Assembly: GCA_963693365.1 (NCBI GenBank)
Contig: CAVNZM010000014.1
Span: 4,836,001 to 4,900,000 of the forward strand
Length of the DNA: 64,000 bases
Origin: Amoebidium appalachense
Taxonomy: Eukaryota; Protista; Ichthyosporea
Reading direction: 5' to 3'
A program made the translations under genes and the position numbers. The notes below the pieces were generated by a model. It did no database searches. It saw nothing but the letters and a program-made list of their open reading frames with translations, and had not been told where the DNA came from. This document shows, in pieces, positions 1 to 14,507 of the stretch (positions are counted from its first letter, which is position 1; each line of letters opens with the position of its first letter).

Positions 1-75
1 CATTCCAACCCCATCCCCCTCCCCTCCCTTTCTCTCCCCCCCCCCCCCCCCCCCCCCCCTTCCTCTTCTTCACAG

Positions 76-633
76 CTGTCCGTTTCCAGCATCAGTCTGG
101 AATGTTCCGCCGTTCCCGCACCCACTCACGTGTTTTCGACTGTGGAGGTTGGGACCGTGACCAAGTGTGCTGCTACTGATTGCAACGCACCCATACAACC
201 GTATGTGCTCCCCCCCCCCCTCCCCCCCCCAAACATGGGCTCTGCTTAGAATGATTGCATACTCTTTAGTCGTGCATTGTGTTGTCAGTCGTGAATCGTA
301 CTCTGTTTGCCTCTCCTATCCCCTCCCCCCCCCCCCCCCCCCCTCCCCCCTTCTCCTGCCCCACCCCTCTCCAGGCCCTCCCCCTAAAAGAGTCCCGCCA
401 CACACACCATTTTTTCCGAAGATTTTCCCATCGACTACGTCTCCCCACCCTAACGATTCCTCTTCGGCCCACCTTCGGGGGTATTCCTAATGAGTTAGAC
501 GGGCTTCACGAACTTAATTTTTCTTTAAGGGTATCGTCATTGCGTTGTCTGTTTCCGTGTGTGATCGTAGTGCGTAGCACGTCCTAACCCCTAATTCCTC
601 CCCACCCCGTGTTCTACCCTCCTGCGTTTCATT

Positions 634-693
<60 letters not shown>

Positions 694-733
694 CAATCCA
701 CCCCTCCCCCACCCCCCACCCCCTCCCCCCCCC

Positions 734-785
<52 letters not shown>

Positions 786-1531
786 ACACACACACACAGT
801 GGGTTGGCGCTGCAGTGCACACAGTGTTTCGAGAATCTTCACCACGAGTGTCAGTGTCGTGGCACAGTTTCGGTTTGCACCCCCTCCAGACACGTGTTTG
901 TGGATGTGAACTATGAGCCACCCCCAAAGCCATGCAGCCACTGCAAAACGGAGCTACTTTCCGGATTCGGAGGCCCCCAGTGCCAGAAATGCGGGTATGT
1001 TCCGGAAATTAGATGTCAAATTTCCCGTATTCTGTATGCATCGGGATTATAAAACTCAAATATTCCGTATTCTGTAACTTCAAATGATCCTGAATTTTTC
1101 ATTTCCGGCATGCCTCGAATTCTGCAGTTTCTCATTTCTTGAACTTTTTGTACGAGATGTTTTGGAATTTCTCGTAATCTCGTGTTCTGGGATTGGTCAC
1201 GTGAGTGTCATCACCCCGATCTTGTATTGCTATGATGCATTGCCCCCCCCCCCCCCCTTTTTTTTCCCCCTGCTGCCTCCCTCCCCCTTTATCTTGTGTT
1301 GTGTATTCTTTTTTTTTCTGTGTATGTGTGTGTGCCCTCATGTGGAACCTGATTTATGCCTCGAGACGTGCATGTATTTACTGTTTACTGTGTCATTCAC
1401 TTTGTGAGCTGCAGTCTAACCCTTCTTCCCTCACCCCCTCCCCCCTCCTCCTTCCCTTTCCATCTCGTCGTCTCCTGTCTACAACACACACACGCATGCA
1501 CACACACACACACACACAACTCACTCACACA

Positions 1532-1619
<88 letters not shown>

Positions 1620-1705
1620 GCCATGGTGTGTGGGTTCTGTATGAACCAGGCGATGACCGAACCATGCAAGCCAATACCAAAGCCCAATCCAAGGTTTTGC
1701 CCCCT

Positions 1706-1740
<35 letters not shown>

Positions 1741-2365
1741 CGCCACCCACCCACCCACCCGCCCACCTCCCCCCCCACCCACACGCTTGCAGTTATGCAC
1801 ACACGCACACACACACACAAACACACACACACACACACACACACAAACACCATATCCAAAAAGGGAAACGTGTCTTCAAAAGTTGTGTTTTTTTTTCCTG
1901 TTTCCTTCCACCTTTCCAGTACACAACCCCTTCTTCCCTTTGCCTTCTTGATGCAATATCAGTTCAAGAGAACTCCGGCTCTTCCACCCACTTGACCACT
2001 GCACAGTGAGCAGCACCCCTTCCCCCCACCCCCCACCCCACCCCCACCCCCCCCCCCCCCACCCTCTCCCCCTCACCCCCAATGATATAGTATCGAACAT
2101 GGAGGAGCCACATGGAGGTCTATTTACGTAACCAATTAAACGTCACATACCAAGTTTGCGCTAAACCCCCCCCCCCCCCCAAAAAAAAAAACCCCCCCAA
2201 CCTCCTTCCCCCCCCTGCCCACCATCACCACCACAACCACAACCACCGCCATACACACGTACACACGCACACACAAAAAAAAAAAAAAAAAAAAACAGGG
2301 CTAAAAGGACCGGAGATGAGCAACCCGATTCAGATGGACGGGTCAGTGTGGCTTCAAGCCTCTAG
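76..2365 (+). CDS. 3' part of a multi-exon protein with tandem C1 (PKC-type, DAG/phorbol-binding-like) zinc fingers; exons 76-200, 800-994, 1619-1693, 2299-2365 (last exon tentative); 5' end lies outside the window
   Basis: GT-AG junctions have matching phases. The spliced translation gives HVFSTVEVGTVTKCAATDCNAPIQPGLALQCTQCFENLHHECQCRGTVSVC and HVFVDVNYEPPPKPCSHCKTELLSGFGGPQCQKCGAMVCGFCMNQAMTEPC, two C1-like Cys/His patterns (the second has Cys at the usual His position). Confidence 0.8.
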
Positions 2366-2423
2366 GCCTTTCCATGCATGACGTCATTGATTCTCTGGAT
2401 GGTCCACACTTCATCGGACACAT

Positions 2424-2507
<84 letters not shown>

Positions 2508-5345
2508 TTTGTTTTCTTGGTGGTGGTATGTTTATTCTTTGAATATCATAATGGTGGTATCTTCAGTCTGGCAGAGCCATGGGTATGATAATCCTTGTAG
2601 AGTTTTTTTACACCGACATAACATGATGGTTTTCGAAATACAATACTAAATTTTAAACATGATGAATACTGAATTACGTAGTTTATATTCATGTACACAT
2701 GTGCTCTATATATATACTACATGGCGTTAGTATTGGGGCTCCTGTCTGACTTGACACTATTATTATTATGATGATTGTAAGACTGCAAAGCTGTGTTTGC
2801 ATTTATGAACTCATTGCTTGTTTATCTTGCCCCGTTATGGGGCATAGCTATCCTGTTCAGTCCCATACATACTGTTTATTGACGGTTAAAACAAAAGAGT
2901 AATCATCCCCTCGCTCGTCCTGAAATAAAGAGAGCTAACATTGCCTGGCATGTCCTAAGCCTATATCTGTGTCTCTAGCCGCCGCAGTAAAGTTTATACT
3001 GAAACTTTTTTTTTTTTCTTTTTTTTTGGTTTCATGTTGTCATGCAAGGGCAGGATACTCCACTGTGCCAAGTGGCTTACGCGTACGGAACATGTTCGTG
3101 CCACTTTTGCGCATATGCATGCGAGGGTGACACGCACACACAAAGCACACGCAATATTGCGCATATGCATGATGGCATTGCACGCACACGTGCATAGACA
3201 CGTGCATGTGCATGCAACGCAAACGTAGACGCACGTACGCGTGTACAGTTTTCGGTACCGCGGATACGCACACGTACGTACACACACGCACACACGACGC
3301 ACACACACACACGCGCGCGCACGCACACACGCACGCACGCACACACACACACGCACACACACATTAATTAATTATGCACACACGCATGTACAGCACAAAC
3401 TAACATCTATAGTGGCGTACATGACACATGTGTACACACACGGTAGTTTAAGGTGGCCTGAAACGACTCCTGTTCATGTTCAAATGAGGAGGCTGAGACA
3501 CTGGTGGCCGGCAGGCGGCAGGCTCTCAAATCAATGATCAATGAATCAGGTCGATCTATTTTCAAAAGCCCGCGCATTTTGCTGAAATGTAGTCTAGCTG
3601 ACTCTAAGCTAATAGGACGTGGTTACGACACCAAACTTATCTATATAAGGTTATTTTGCATTTATAGAACCAATCGGAATACCTCAGGATTGTTTATTGG
3701 CAGGCTTAAGAAAATTTGGGGCTTTGCGAAGTACCCTAGCTGTGTTTACAGTCATGTATGAAAATAATGTACTAGTATCCCCATGTCTCTAAATTTATCA
3801 AGGCATATTTATATGGAATATATTCACTTACATATTATTCACGCATCTCTATGATGGTAGTTTAAGCTTAGAAATACTGGCATGTTCTAAAAAATAAAAT
3901 TTTTAAAAAGTTATATCTTATTTCAGACAAGCTGTAATTTCAAAAGCAGCTTGAACGTGGGAGAACGAATCTATTTTGTATTATCCAATCACATAGCCCC
4001 ACAACATGCTTCCTAGATCCAAATATGCATCGTAAGTTCCAAGCATTGTAAAGTACTGTAAAGTGCACTTGTGAAAATATGATGAAATGAACGTGAAGTA
4101 TTTACAAATCTTTTATTTCAAGCATATCAAATGATATTTATAGATTATTATATGGTCATTAATGTACATTGGTGGACTAACTATATTGTAAATATTTCAT
4201 TAAGTTTGTTATATGAGCTGGTCTTAGGGGTTTATAGACTTGGGTTTATTGACTTAAACCCCATATAGCTCCTACTTGGGGGGAGCAATAAGCATACCCC
4301 CTAGCTTCCTCTGTGTACTACTGGTTCACGTTGAAATAGGGCACACCAAAACCACCCCAGTGTCCCCTGCCTGTCCCATTTGGTGGGTCTCAACAACTAC
4401 TAGCTCTATTGGAATGACAACAGATGTTTTACCAGCTCTATCTCCTTTGATCAAAACACACACTCTGGTATGCTGGAGCTCTGCAAGTTGTTGAAATCAA
4501 TTCTCGGTCGTAGCCAGCCCCGCGATCTTGGACTGTAACAAACGTCAATTTTGCATCTGCCGCACTGCAAGTAGCGCTTTCATCTTCGCATTTATTTTCC
4601 ACTCTATAAGTACCTTGTTACTCTTTTCCTTTTGTGCTTAATGCTTCTCTGTACTCAATCCATGTTGCTTGTTTAATGCGTGGCCGCCACTGAGACGTCA
4701 CAACCTCCACTGTTTGGCACCACAACGTAAGTTAAATCTCCCTCTGCCCCAAGTCGCACTTCAAGAGATCCAGCGGCACTGAAGACGTGTATTTGCCCAT
4801 TTTTGTGCTTGATTAATCGCATGAGTGTGTGCACGTGCCTGCGTGAGTTTTTGGTTGCGGACGTTTGTGCAAGGTGAGCAGATGAGCTGCTGTGTGTGGA
4901 CAGTCTTCGGTCGACTTTGCAAGTGCATGTGTGCGTGTGTGTGTGTGTGCGTTTGTGCTCGCGTGCGTTCGTGTGTGCATATTTGAGTTCGTCATTTTTC
5001 TATGCGTACGCGCGCGTTTTTAGCGTGCTTGTGAGTTTGAGCTGTTGTTCTTAGATCTGAGTGCGTGCATCTCTGTGTTCCCAACAGCGTGTTTCAGTGT
5101 GTGTGTGTGTGTGTCCCCTTGCTCGCTGTGCACCTCACACACACGAAGATATGATTACACGCAATGATACACCCCCATGCACACACACACACACTCAGAG
5201 ACAACATAAGAAGGAAGCAACCGCATATTGTCACACACCTACCATTGAAAATCCACGCGCGTGCAGTGTGGGCATGCACGGACACCATCGAGCCGAAACA
5301 AACAGAACCACACACGTGGGCACCCCCGCCTCCCCACCCCACCTC

Positions 5346-5382
<37 letters not shown>

Positions 5383-5799
5383 TGCATGTACAGACCTGTA
5401 AGGACACATCTCACCTCGCCAAATCCAATCTAATCTCACAAAAAGGTATGGCTGACACACGGTATGCTTAGGCTTCAACCTACCTGTATGCTTGTTTAGG
5501 TATGTGTGGACTGCGCGTTGCCGGTCGTCAGATCGTACTTCGCACGTGTGCTCCCCCCCGCCTCCCCCTACATATGCGCGCGTGCACACACACACACGCA
5601 CACGTGCGCGCGCGCGCGCACACACACACACACACCCACACACACACACACACGGAACACGGAACACGAACAAGGAACCCTGTTCCACTCATCCAACGAA
5701 CACATTTCACGGACAGTGACCCTGTTTTTCCCTTCCCAACAGTCTGTTGTGGTGATTTTTTTTTTTTTTTTTTTTTTGGTGGCCATCTAGCCTACCAAA

Positions 5800-7990
5800 A
5801 TGGCAGCTGCTGAGAGGAAAAATTCGGGCAATATTGCTGGATCCAAACAGAAGAACTCGGCCAGACGAAAGACGCAACTGAAGGTGGGATATATACTTAT
5901 TTATGATTTGGGATACATGGTATATAGGGTATGAGAGATATGCTAGGGAATATACGCGTATATATGATTTTGGATTTATGATATGGGATACATGGTATAT
6001 ATGGTATGAGAGATATGCTAGGGAATATACGCGTATATATGATTTTGGATTTATGATATGGGATATGATATTAGATGTGTGCTTATGTATGATTAGGGAT
6101 ATAAGTTAAGAAATGTATGCTTGTTTCTTATCAGGAATGCAAATGGAATGTGGGAGGCACTGTGGGATATATGCATATATGAGATGGGGATGGGGTATAT
6201 GCCCCCCCCCTTACTCCCATGCCTTCCCTCTGCCACGTGTTCGTTATTTATTTCATCAAATCCCAAACGTCTATGGCACTTATGATGTTCAACCCTGTGT
6301 GTGTGTGTGTGTGTGTCTGTGTGTCTGTGGGTGGGTGGCTGAGTGGGTTGATGGTTTGAGGTGAAGTGTATGTGTGTGTGGGTTGGAAGGGGGGGGGGGG
6401 GGGGGGTCTTTTTGTGTTAGCTTTTGGGGGGGGAGGGGGGGGGGGGGAGGAGCTCGAGGGGGGAGAAGGGGGGAGAGGGGGGGGGGGGGGGGGGGGGGAG
6501 ATATAAACAGGCACAAAGAACAGCGACCGGAACTTTCTCTGCTATTTTTCTTTTTCTTTTTTTCTTTTCTTTTTCTTCCTTTTTTTTTTTTTTTTTTTTT
6601 TTGTGAGGGGCGGAGGGGGGGGGGGGGGGGCAAGGGGAGGGGGGGGGGGGGAAGCCTCCGAGGGGGATGTCGGTTGCAATTGGTTGGTAGCACGTACAGT
6701 TACATCCCCTCCCCCCTCCCCCCTCCCCCCACCCCCCTTCCCCACCCCCTTTCTCCTCCGTCCGTAGCACGCATTGAAGGGTATTCCATTGCAGTGCTGA
6801 CCAAATGGACAATTCCTTTCTAATCTAACTCCGGTTAGCCGATCCGAATATCCGATCTGTTCAATATCTGTAAACTCTAACCGCAAACGCTCATTCGCGC
6901 AGTGGTTTCTCTCGGCCCTTCTACTAGGTTCCACCGTCTACATCCTCTATTCGGAGGTGTGGCTAGCCAATCCGCTGCCTTCGTTATTTGGTGACCATGG
7001 CGACGGCCAATCAAAATCATTGTGGGAGGCGAGACATATCTACTCCTTCCCCCTATTGGTTGTTGGTTTTTTTGCGGTTTCGGTGCCGTTTGGCTGGGGT
7101 TATCTTTTGTTGACGCTGACCTCTGGGTTGGTGTATGGATTCCTGCCGGGGATTATTCTTGGTATGCATAACCCCAATGACACCACCCGAGAAACTAAAA
7201 AAGAAAACAAAACAAAAGAGAGAGAGCGAGAGAGAGAATGGAAGCAACGAAGCAATAACCACCCACACAATAAAGCAAAAAGAGAGAGTGAGAAGGGGGG
7301 GAGAAGGGGGGGAGAAGAGAGAGGGGGGGGGGGGAAGGGGGGGGGGGGGGGGGGAAAGAATAGAAGGAAAGAGAACGAAGGTATATATACTCGTGGGTGG
7401 CTGCCTTATAAATTTAAAAGTAAGCCCAAATTGAAATTTAACTATTTCTTCCTACCTGCCCTACATCCATCTTCTTCCGGTTTCTTTTCTTTCTCTTCAC
7501 TTACAAGTTTGTGTTGTAGACAAGCACGTTTGTCGCAAACAGTTACGTTCTGGGTGGTAGTCCGTATTTTCTTCTTTGTTATCTTTTCGCTTGTGATCTC
7601 TAACATGTACGGGCATGCATGGGCACCCAATCTGTAATTCACGATGTCATCACTCCACCCATATACCTGGTTCTAAGCCCCCTTCGAGGTTCTCCCCCCC
7701 CCCCACACCCCCCTCCCCGCTTCTTCCAGAAAAGGAAAAGAAAAAAAAGAAACACACACACTTGTCCACTTCCACCTACCCCAACTCCCCCCTCTCATTC
7801 TTGATATTTCTTTTTTCCCCTCATTCCTCCCCCCTCCCCTCCCTCCTCTTTTCCCTTTTTCAAAAGAAACAAAAAAAGAAAAAGGCCACATGCACTTTCC
7901 ACTGCCATCAAACACTCCCTCTCCTCCCCCCTCCCCACCTTTTGTTTTTCTCTTTTTTCCCCACCACAAGCTCTTTCCACTTACACCTTC

Positions 7991-8036
<46 letters not shown>

Positions 8037-8310
8037 ACACACACCCATTTTTTTTTCCTCTTTTTTTCTTTTTTCCACCACAGTTAGTTCCAGTGCGACA
8101 TGTGCGTCTGTGTTTGGCACGGAGGTGTGCCGGCGCCTGTTCCGAGGGTGGATTGAAAAGAAGACGGGGGAGGTGGAGACACTAGCAGCTCTCAGACAGG
8201 CACTCAAAGGGCCAAGAGCATACCGAATAGTGTTTTTGGCTAGGCTGACACCTATACCGTTTGGTCTGCAGAACGCGGTGTTCTCGGTAGGTGTCCTTTG
8301 GTGTTTTTTG

Positions 8311-8384
<74 letters not shown>

Positions 8385-9207
8385 TGCGTCTTTCTTTTGT
8401 TCTTTTTCTTGTTTTCCTTTTTTTTTTTTTTTTTTTTTCTCCCGTTTTTGGCTAGACTGACTCCGATACCGTTTGGTCTGCAGAACGCTGTGTTCTCGGT
8501 ACGTGGGTGGATGTTGGTGTTGGTGGGTTTTTTTCCGTTGTTTTCGTTAATTATTTGCGGATGCCGCATTCTCGGTGTGTGGCTTCTGGTGATGGTGGTG
8601 CCAGTGCACATTTCTTAAAAAACTTTGTTGCCTTTCTGTGTGTGCGCGCGCGAGCATGTGTGCATGTGCGCATGACTCTCTGTGTGTGCCCGGGCGTGTG
8701 TGCCTGTATGTGTTTGCCTGTATGTGTTTGCCTGTATGTGTTTGCCTGTATGTGTTTGCCTGTATGTTTGCCTGTATGTGTTTGCCTGTATGTGTTTGCC
8801 TGTATGTGTTTGCCTGTATGTGTTTGCGCACGAGATGTACAATGGCCTTTTTTGTTTTGTATTTCCCTCCCTTTTTCTGATCATCGAGTCAGTCAGATGG
8901 TTTTAGATTTTGTGTTTGCGAGTGCAAAGTGTTTTTCCGGGGGGAGAAGGGGAAGAGAAGGGGGAGGGGGGGGGGGGGGGGGGAGAAGGGGAAGAGGAAG
9001 AGAGGGGGGGGGGGGGGGGAGAAGGGGAAGAGGGGGGGGGGGGGAGGAGGGGTTGGGGGGGAGATGAGCAGCCTCTGTGTTTCAACATAATTGTGTGGCC
9101 ATAAAGTTTTTGTTGTATATTTGTGCATCATGCTATGCAAGGCACACATCCTGACCCCCTCCCCCCTAACCACCAACGGCACCGCACCAACCTTCACTAC
9201 ACCCCTC

Positions 9208-9249
<42 letters not shown>

Positions 9250-9499
9250 GTCCCCCATGACCCCCCCTCCCATGACCCCCCCCCCCCCCCCCCCCCCTTC
9301 CCCCCGCCTCCCTCCCCCCCTCCCCCCCCCCCCCCCCCGGCCACCCCTCCCCCCCAACCACCACCACCACCACACGCACACAACTACCCCTTCCCCCCCC
9401 CCCCCCCCCTTCTCCCTCCTCCCTCCCCCCCTCCCCCCCACCCCACCCCACCCCACACACACACATACACACAACACTACCTACCTCCCCCTCCCCCCA

Positions 9500-9539
<40 letters not shown>

Positions 9540-9980
9540 ACACCTACGTACAGATGACGGACCTAGAAGTTCTCCCCTACGTGTGCCACACCCTTGTAGG
9601 CCTGCTACCCACCCAACTAGTCTATGTTTACATTGGCAGCACACTAGCAACCATGCAGGAGGTACTTCATGCAAGTCACACGGCTCACCCCATGGCTTAT
9701 GTGCTCGTGGCCGTGCAGATCACAGCTGGATTGACGCTTTCAGGTACAGGTCTCCCCCCCCCCCCCCCACCACCACCACCACCACCGCGCCGCCGCCGCG
9801 CAGGTTTTCTTCTTTTTTTTTGCCCCTCCCTATAACAAGATCATGTTTGTTGGCGGTGGAAGTGTTGTTGTCGTGGTTGTTGGTGGGGCTTTTGTATGAA
9901 TGTGGCGGGGTGTTGTATTCGTGCCACGATGTGTGTGTGTGTGTGGTATGAATGTGGCGGGGTGTTGTATTTGTGCCACG

Positions 9981-10020
<40 letters not shown>

Positions 10021-10173
10021 TGTGCATGTGGTAACCGTTGTGTGTGTGTATGGTGGGGGGGGGGAGGGGAGAGGAGGGGGAGGGAAGGGGGTTGCACTGC
10101 TTATACAATTGAACCAAACTCTTTTCTACATGCTACACCGTGTCCCTGCTTGTGTGCATGTGTACTTCGCACT

Positions 10174-10209
<36 letters not shown>

Positions 10210-10478
10210 CCGCCGCCCCAACATCTCCCCCCCTGGTTCCCCCGGTGGGTCTTGGCGTTGTGTTCGTGTGTGCATGTCACCTTCCCCCCTCCCCCTCACC
10301 CGGCCCCGAGCGGCAAAATCTGCGTTCTGTTGTCCGTCGTGTAGTAATTAGCACATTCTAACCACCCCCCCCCCCCCCCCCCCCCCCCCCCCCTTCTCTC
10401 TGTGCAGGATTTGTGCTCTACTTGGCAAAGATTGAACTCCGAAAGGCAACACAGCAGAGTCCATTGGAAGGGGCGTGA
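5800..10478 (+). CDS. TMEM64: TMEM64-like VTT/DedA (SNARE-associated Golgi) membrane protein, 268 aa; exons 5800-5883, 6903-7161, 8084-8286, 9554-9743, 10408-10478
   Basis: GT-AG splicing is phase-consistent (807 nt). Motifs VVGFFAVSVPFGWGY, LARLTPIPFGLQNAVFS and GLLPTQLVYVYIGSTL match the TMEM64 family. A CTCTAAC branch-like motif precedes the 6903 acceptor. Exon 1 is less certain. Confidence 0.88.
5903..6070. repeat. Tandem duplication of about 78 bp (2+ copies) at the start of TMEM64 intron 1
   Basis: ATGAT[T/A]TGGGATACATGGTATAT...GATTTTGGATTT occurs twice head to tail. Confidence 0.9.
8445..8504 (+). repeat. Intronic copy of the last 18 codons plus donor of TMEM64 exon 3 (8233-8292)
   Basis: The 54-nt copy encodes the same FLARLTPIPFGLQNAVFS with 4 substitutions and has its own GTACGT donor. 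Confidence 0.95.
8700..8827. repeat. 14-bp minisatellite (CCTGTATGTGTTTG)n
   Basis: About 9 tandem units are directly visible. Confidence 0.9.
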
Positions 10479-11218
10479 AAATGGAAATCACAGGGGGGGG
10501 GGGGTCTATAGAAGCGTGTTCGTGGCGGCGGTGGCGCACACGTGTATATTTTAGATTGGTTGAATGGCTTCTAATGTACATATGATAATCAGAGATATGA
10601 GACGCGGTTTTCAAGGAGTAATAAAATCCCTTTTTTTTTTTTTTTTTGGCCCCCGTATTTTTCCCACACTCTCCTTCCTCCCCGTTGCAGCTCATGATCG
10701 GGGAGAGAGCTCGGGTAAAAGATTGCTTTACAAGGGCCGCTGCACTTTTATTCTGGTAATAGATTAGCAATTGACACTGATTTGGTGTGTGGCCGAATAT
10801 ATATACAATAGGACAGTTCTAGCGGTAAAAAATCAAGCAAGCAATCACAGCTCAAGCCTTGATATCTTTGGGATTTGGACATTATGCACTCCGTTGAGTC
10901 GGTAGATGTTGAACATGGAATAGAAATAAGAGAAAAATATAAATTTATCATATACGATATCGATGATAATAATTCATGAATGCTAAATAATAGCAACAAT
11001 CACGCCGTGTATAATATAACTGCAGTGCCAAGGAGTTACTGTGTAGCTGCCTGCTCAGCGCCGTAAATTAAACTAAATTAGTGGTCACTCTCTTTCAGCC
11101 TCTCCCCCCCCCCCCCCCCCCCCCCCCCACCCACCCACCCACACACACACACACACAAAGAAAAAAATTCACGTGTACACAGCACACGCGCGCACACACA
11201 CACATGTACCACACACAG

Positions 11219-11269
<51 letters not shown>

Positions 11270-12253
11270 CACACACACATGCACACACACCCGGCCCGCG
11301 TGAACACGCGTACTTACACATACGCCACACAGGCGTATGGTGTTATCAATCGTCTGTTTATCTGTTACACCTCGGCTAACATAATTGTTTGCGCACCACG
11401 CTACACACACACACACACACACACAGTTACACGCGCAAACAAAATTATCTCTACCCGTCCCTATTTCCCCCCTCCTCCCCCTTCAACTCACGTTCTCTCT
11501 TTCTCTCCCATCATCTGAGACTTTATCTTTCAGACACTCCCCCTAAGGCTTCCCACCTCTTCCCTCCCGCTCCCCTTTTCCCTCCATTGAACCCCCCCCT
11601 CCCCCCCTCCTCCCCCCCCCCCCCCCCTCCTCCCCCCCAACATCTCTCTTTCCCTTTCCCTTTCTCTTCATCTCTCTTGCCCCTTTCCTCACCATAGCCA
11701 CCTTTCTCGCTCTCTCTTTCTCTTTTTTCTTCCTGTGTCGGTAGTATTTCGTTCCTACTCTCTCACTCTCTAGCCCTCTCTTCCCCCTCCCCCCCCCCCC
11801 CCCCCTCTCCTCTCCTCAGGTGGAATGTGTTAGCCTATTAGGAACACGGTACCCGACCATGCAGCAAATTGCATACAGTAGGCACATGAGAATGGCAGGA
11901 CAAAGGTGGGCAAGCGTGAGCATGCACGGACGTCTGACGGGCATGCATATGCACAGTGGCAATCCAAATTTAATGGACTATGTACGAGACAATGTTGAAG
12001 TTCGACTCATACCTGTATACCGTCGTTTTATTTGGTCTAGCGTTAACGTTATTCTCTCGATTTCAATTCCATCCCAACCATGTATATCTTCAACTGTTGT
12101 GCTTATTATGCACGGTTTGTTCGGGCGTTGCAGCTGTTTCCTGCTACGCAAGTTCAAACAAATATTCTATCATACATATGCATCTGCACACATCAAGTGT
12201 GCCTTTGTTCGCACAAATCATACACGTATTCTTCTAACATTCGTTACAGACGG

Positions 12254-12284
<31 letters not shown>

Positions 12285-12494
12285 ACAAAGCCCCATCACA
12301 AGGGGGGGAAAATGCTCAAGAACATTTGAAGACATCACCGTAAAGTTCAGGTGGGAAAGGCTGTCATTCAAGCTACGCCTTCTCTTTCGTCAATTACAAC
12401 ACAGTGCACACAAGCATATTTCACTTCACACGCGTGAGTTTCATGACGCCTTGGCAATGCACCGCCCCCCCCCCCCCCCCCCCCCCCCCCCCGG

Positions 12495-12830
12495 GGCACG
12501 GTGTATTCGCTAAGTTGGTCTTCAGTTGTTATTTCCATGACCGTAAGCTCTTCCCACTCGACCTTTTGCTCAAAAAGGTATGTGCTAACTTGAAAAGTCG
12601 CGGACACGACGCCGTGATGTTTCATTTTCATTATTCGCATTCAGCAACGCATGGCCTGGGATGTACGTAGTCTAAGGCTTCCATCCAGTCGTACCACGGT
12701 CTAACCTCGGAGTCGATCACGAGACGTAAAATATAAGACACCACGTCGGCCTCGGGTGCTTTTGTGCCTTTTGTGTGTTCTTGTCCAGAAGGTTGAGCCA
12801 CGGCTTGGCGATGGGACCCAGCCTGTGTAT
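12495..12830 (-). mobile_element. Highly degenerate Ty1/copia-like RNase H remnant
   Basis: Minus-strand frames give EADVVSY...EVRPWYDWMEALDYVHPRPCVAECE and KMKH...EQKVEWEELTVMEITTEDQLSEYT. These resemble the copia RNase H pattern EAEY...W...LG..P....CDN and KH...EKV...I....TEDQLAD. Stops and frameshifts are present. Recognised by eye only. Confidence 0.4.
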
Positions 12831-13177
12831 ATGCGAGGCTGGATACGAATCTTTTCGTGGGTGGTGGCCAGGTTGCATGCCGTCTCCCATAACCCCAGTT
12901 TGGCTGTGGCCACGTTGTGAACCCACGGGAGCCATCGCAGCGATTCGGCTCATTATAACATTGTCTCCACAAAGCAGCGATGCGATGGCGCACGCACACG
13001 CCACCCGAGTCGTCTTTAGTACACAATTGGAAAATGACAAGTGACCGAGCTCAGCTCAAGACTTGAAGCCACGGTTTGCCTATGGGAAGGCGGTTACACG
13101 TGTAAAGAATCGTCTTGTCAGTGGCAACACGACTGTGTCAGCCTGTGGACGGGGAGTGGTGTCAGATCACTGTTATG

Positions 13178-13242
<65 letters not shown>

Positions 13243-13564
13243 ACAAGCTGCTGGACACGTGGATGGGTGTGTGCTTTGAAAATTGCATCACAACATTTCA
13301 TGTTATTACACGACACACGTAGTGAAATGCATGAGAGTGGTCGGCAATAAAGCCCATACTATAGCGGCTGTATGGTAGTTCAAAAAAAAACATGGGTGGG
13401 TGCTGAATTGTTCTTCGAGTGTGAATGCTCTACCTCGCATGTGTGTATGTTGCGGTGAGCATGGATCGCATGAATGTGTCGTGCGACGTGCAGTTTCAAG
13501 TGTCAAGTTTGATTTTTTATTTTCATTTTACTTATTTATTTATTATTATCATATTGATTATAAC

Positions 13565-13597
<33 letters not shown>

Positions 13598-13744
13598 GTT
13601 ATTATTATTATTATTATTATTATTGGGAGGGGGGGGAGGGGGAGGAATACCTCAGACAGTGAGAGATTCTCAAGAGCGTGGTTTCTCTTCCATTGAGGCC
13701 CTATGTATGCCTGTATCATCGTCATCGTATCTTGTACTTCAAAC

Positions 13745-13781
<37 letters not shown>

Positions 13782-14105
13782 AGAACGTTGTGGTGTTGGA
13801 TATGTCAAGCAAAACCTTTGTGATTTTGATGGCAGCGTGTATATGTTGTTGTGGCAATCAGAATGTGCACATGTGAGATTAAACTTTCCATGTTTGAAAA
13901 TGTTTAAACTTGTCATGATGCATATGATTGTGGTTGTCGGTGGTTGGCCCTTACATGTTGAACATGTACATGTGCCACTATATCCCCAGGTGGGACCGGC
14001 AAGTGCAATCGTAAAATTAAATATTAATCTTTTATAAAGTCGGCTCGAGCAGATAGAGAGCACGGTGTCTGGCGCTTGTTATTACACAATCCCCCCCCTT
14101 CCCCA

Positions 14106-14136
<31 letters not shown>

Positions 14137-14464
14137 GAAAAAAAGAGAAGAAAGTGACACACACACACACACGCACACACACACACACGCACACACACAC
14201 ATATGTACACACGTCAGTGACACGGGCCGGCCAGGCCTCCTGAATAATTGATCACGATGGAAGCTAAAGTGCACTCTGAATAATTAGGTGTATGCTAACT
14301 AAAATGCCGTTCTCTGGTTCTCTGAACCCAGGGGATCCGCGGCACCGGCACAAGCACATTTCCTCGCATAGCAGGAGGAAAGTTAAAATTTAGGTAACTC
14401 GACTCCCAGCTTCCCTCCTTCCCCTCCCCCCCACCCCACCCCACCCCACCCCACCCACAAACCC

Positions 14465-14507
<43 letters not shown>

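Noticed and set aside
1963-2025. Possible extra exon of the C1-domain gene
   Set aside because: Inclusion would shift the frame of the following exon into an immediate stop, and it cannot be supported without transcripts.
4270-4810. Possible decayed coding or TE sequence on the minus strand
   Set aside because: Multiple stops and no motif I can identify.
6768-6902. In-frame TGC-TGA (Cys-Sec-like) if TMEM64 exon 2 began at the 6768 acceptor
   Set aside because: A phase-0 acceptor at 6902/6903 with a CTCTAAC branch motif gives a clean stop-free protein, and there is no evidence for a SECIS.
12530-12610. hAT dimerisation-like peptide CPRLFKLAHTFLS in one minus-strand frame
   Set aside because: It is short and flanked by stops. 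An overlapping frame fits copia RNase H over a longer stretch.
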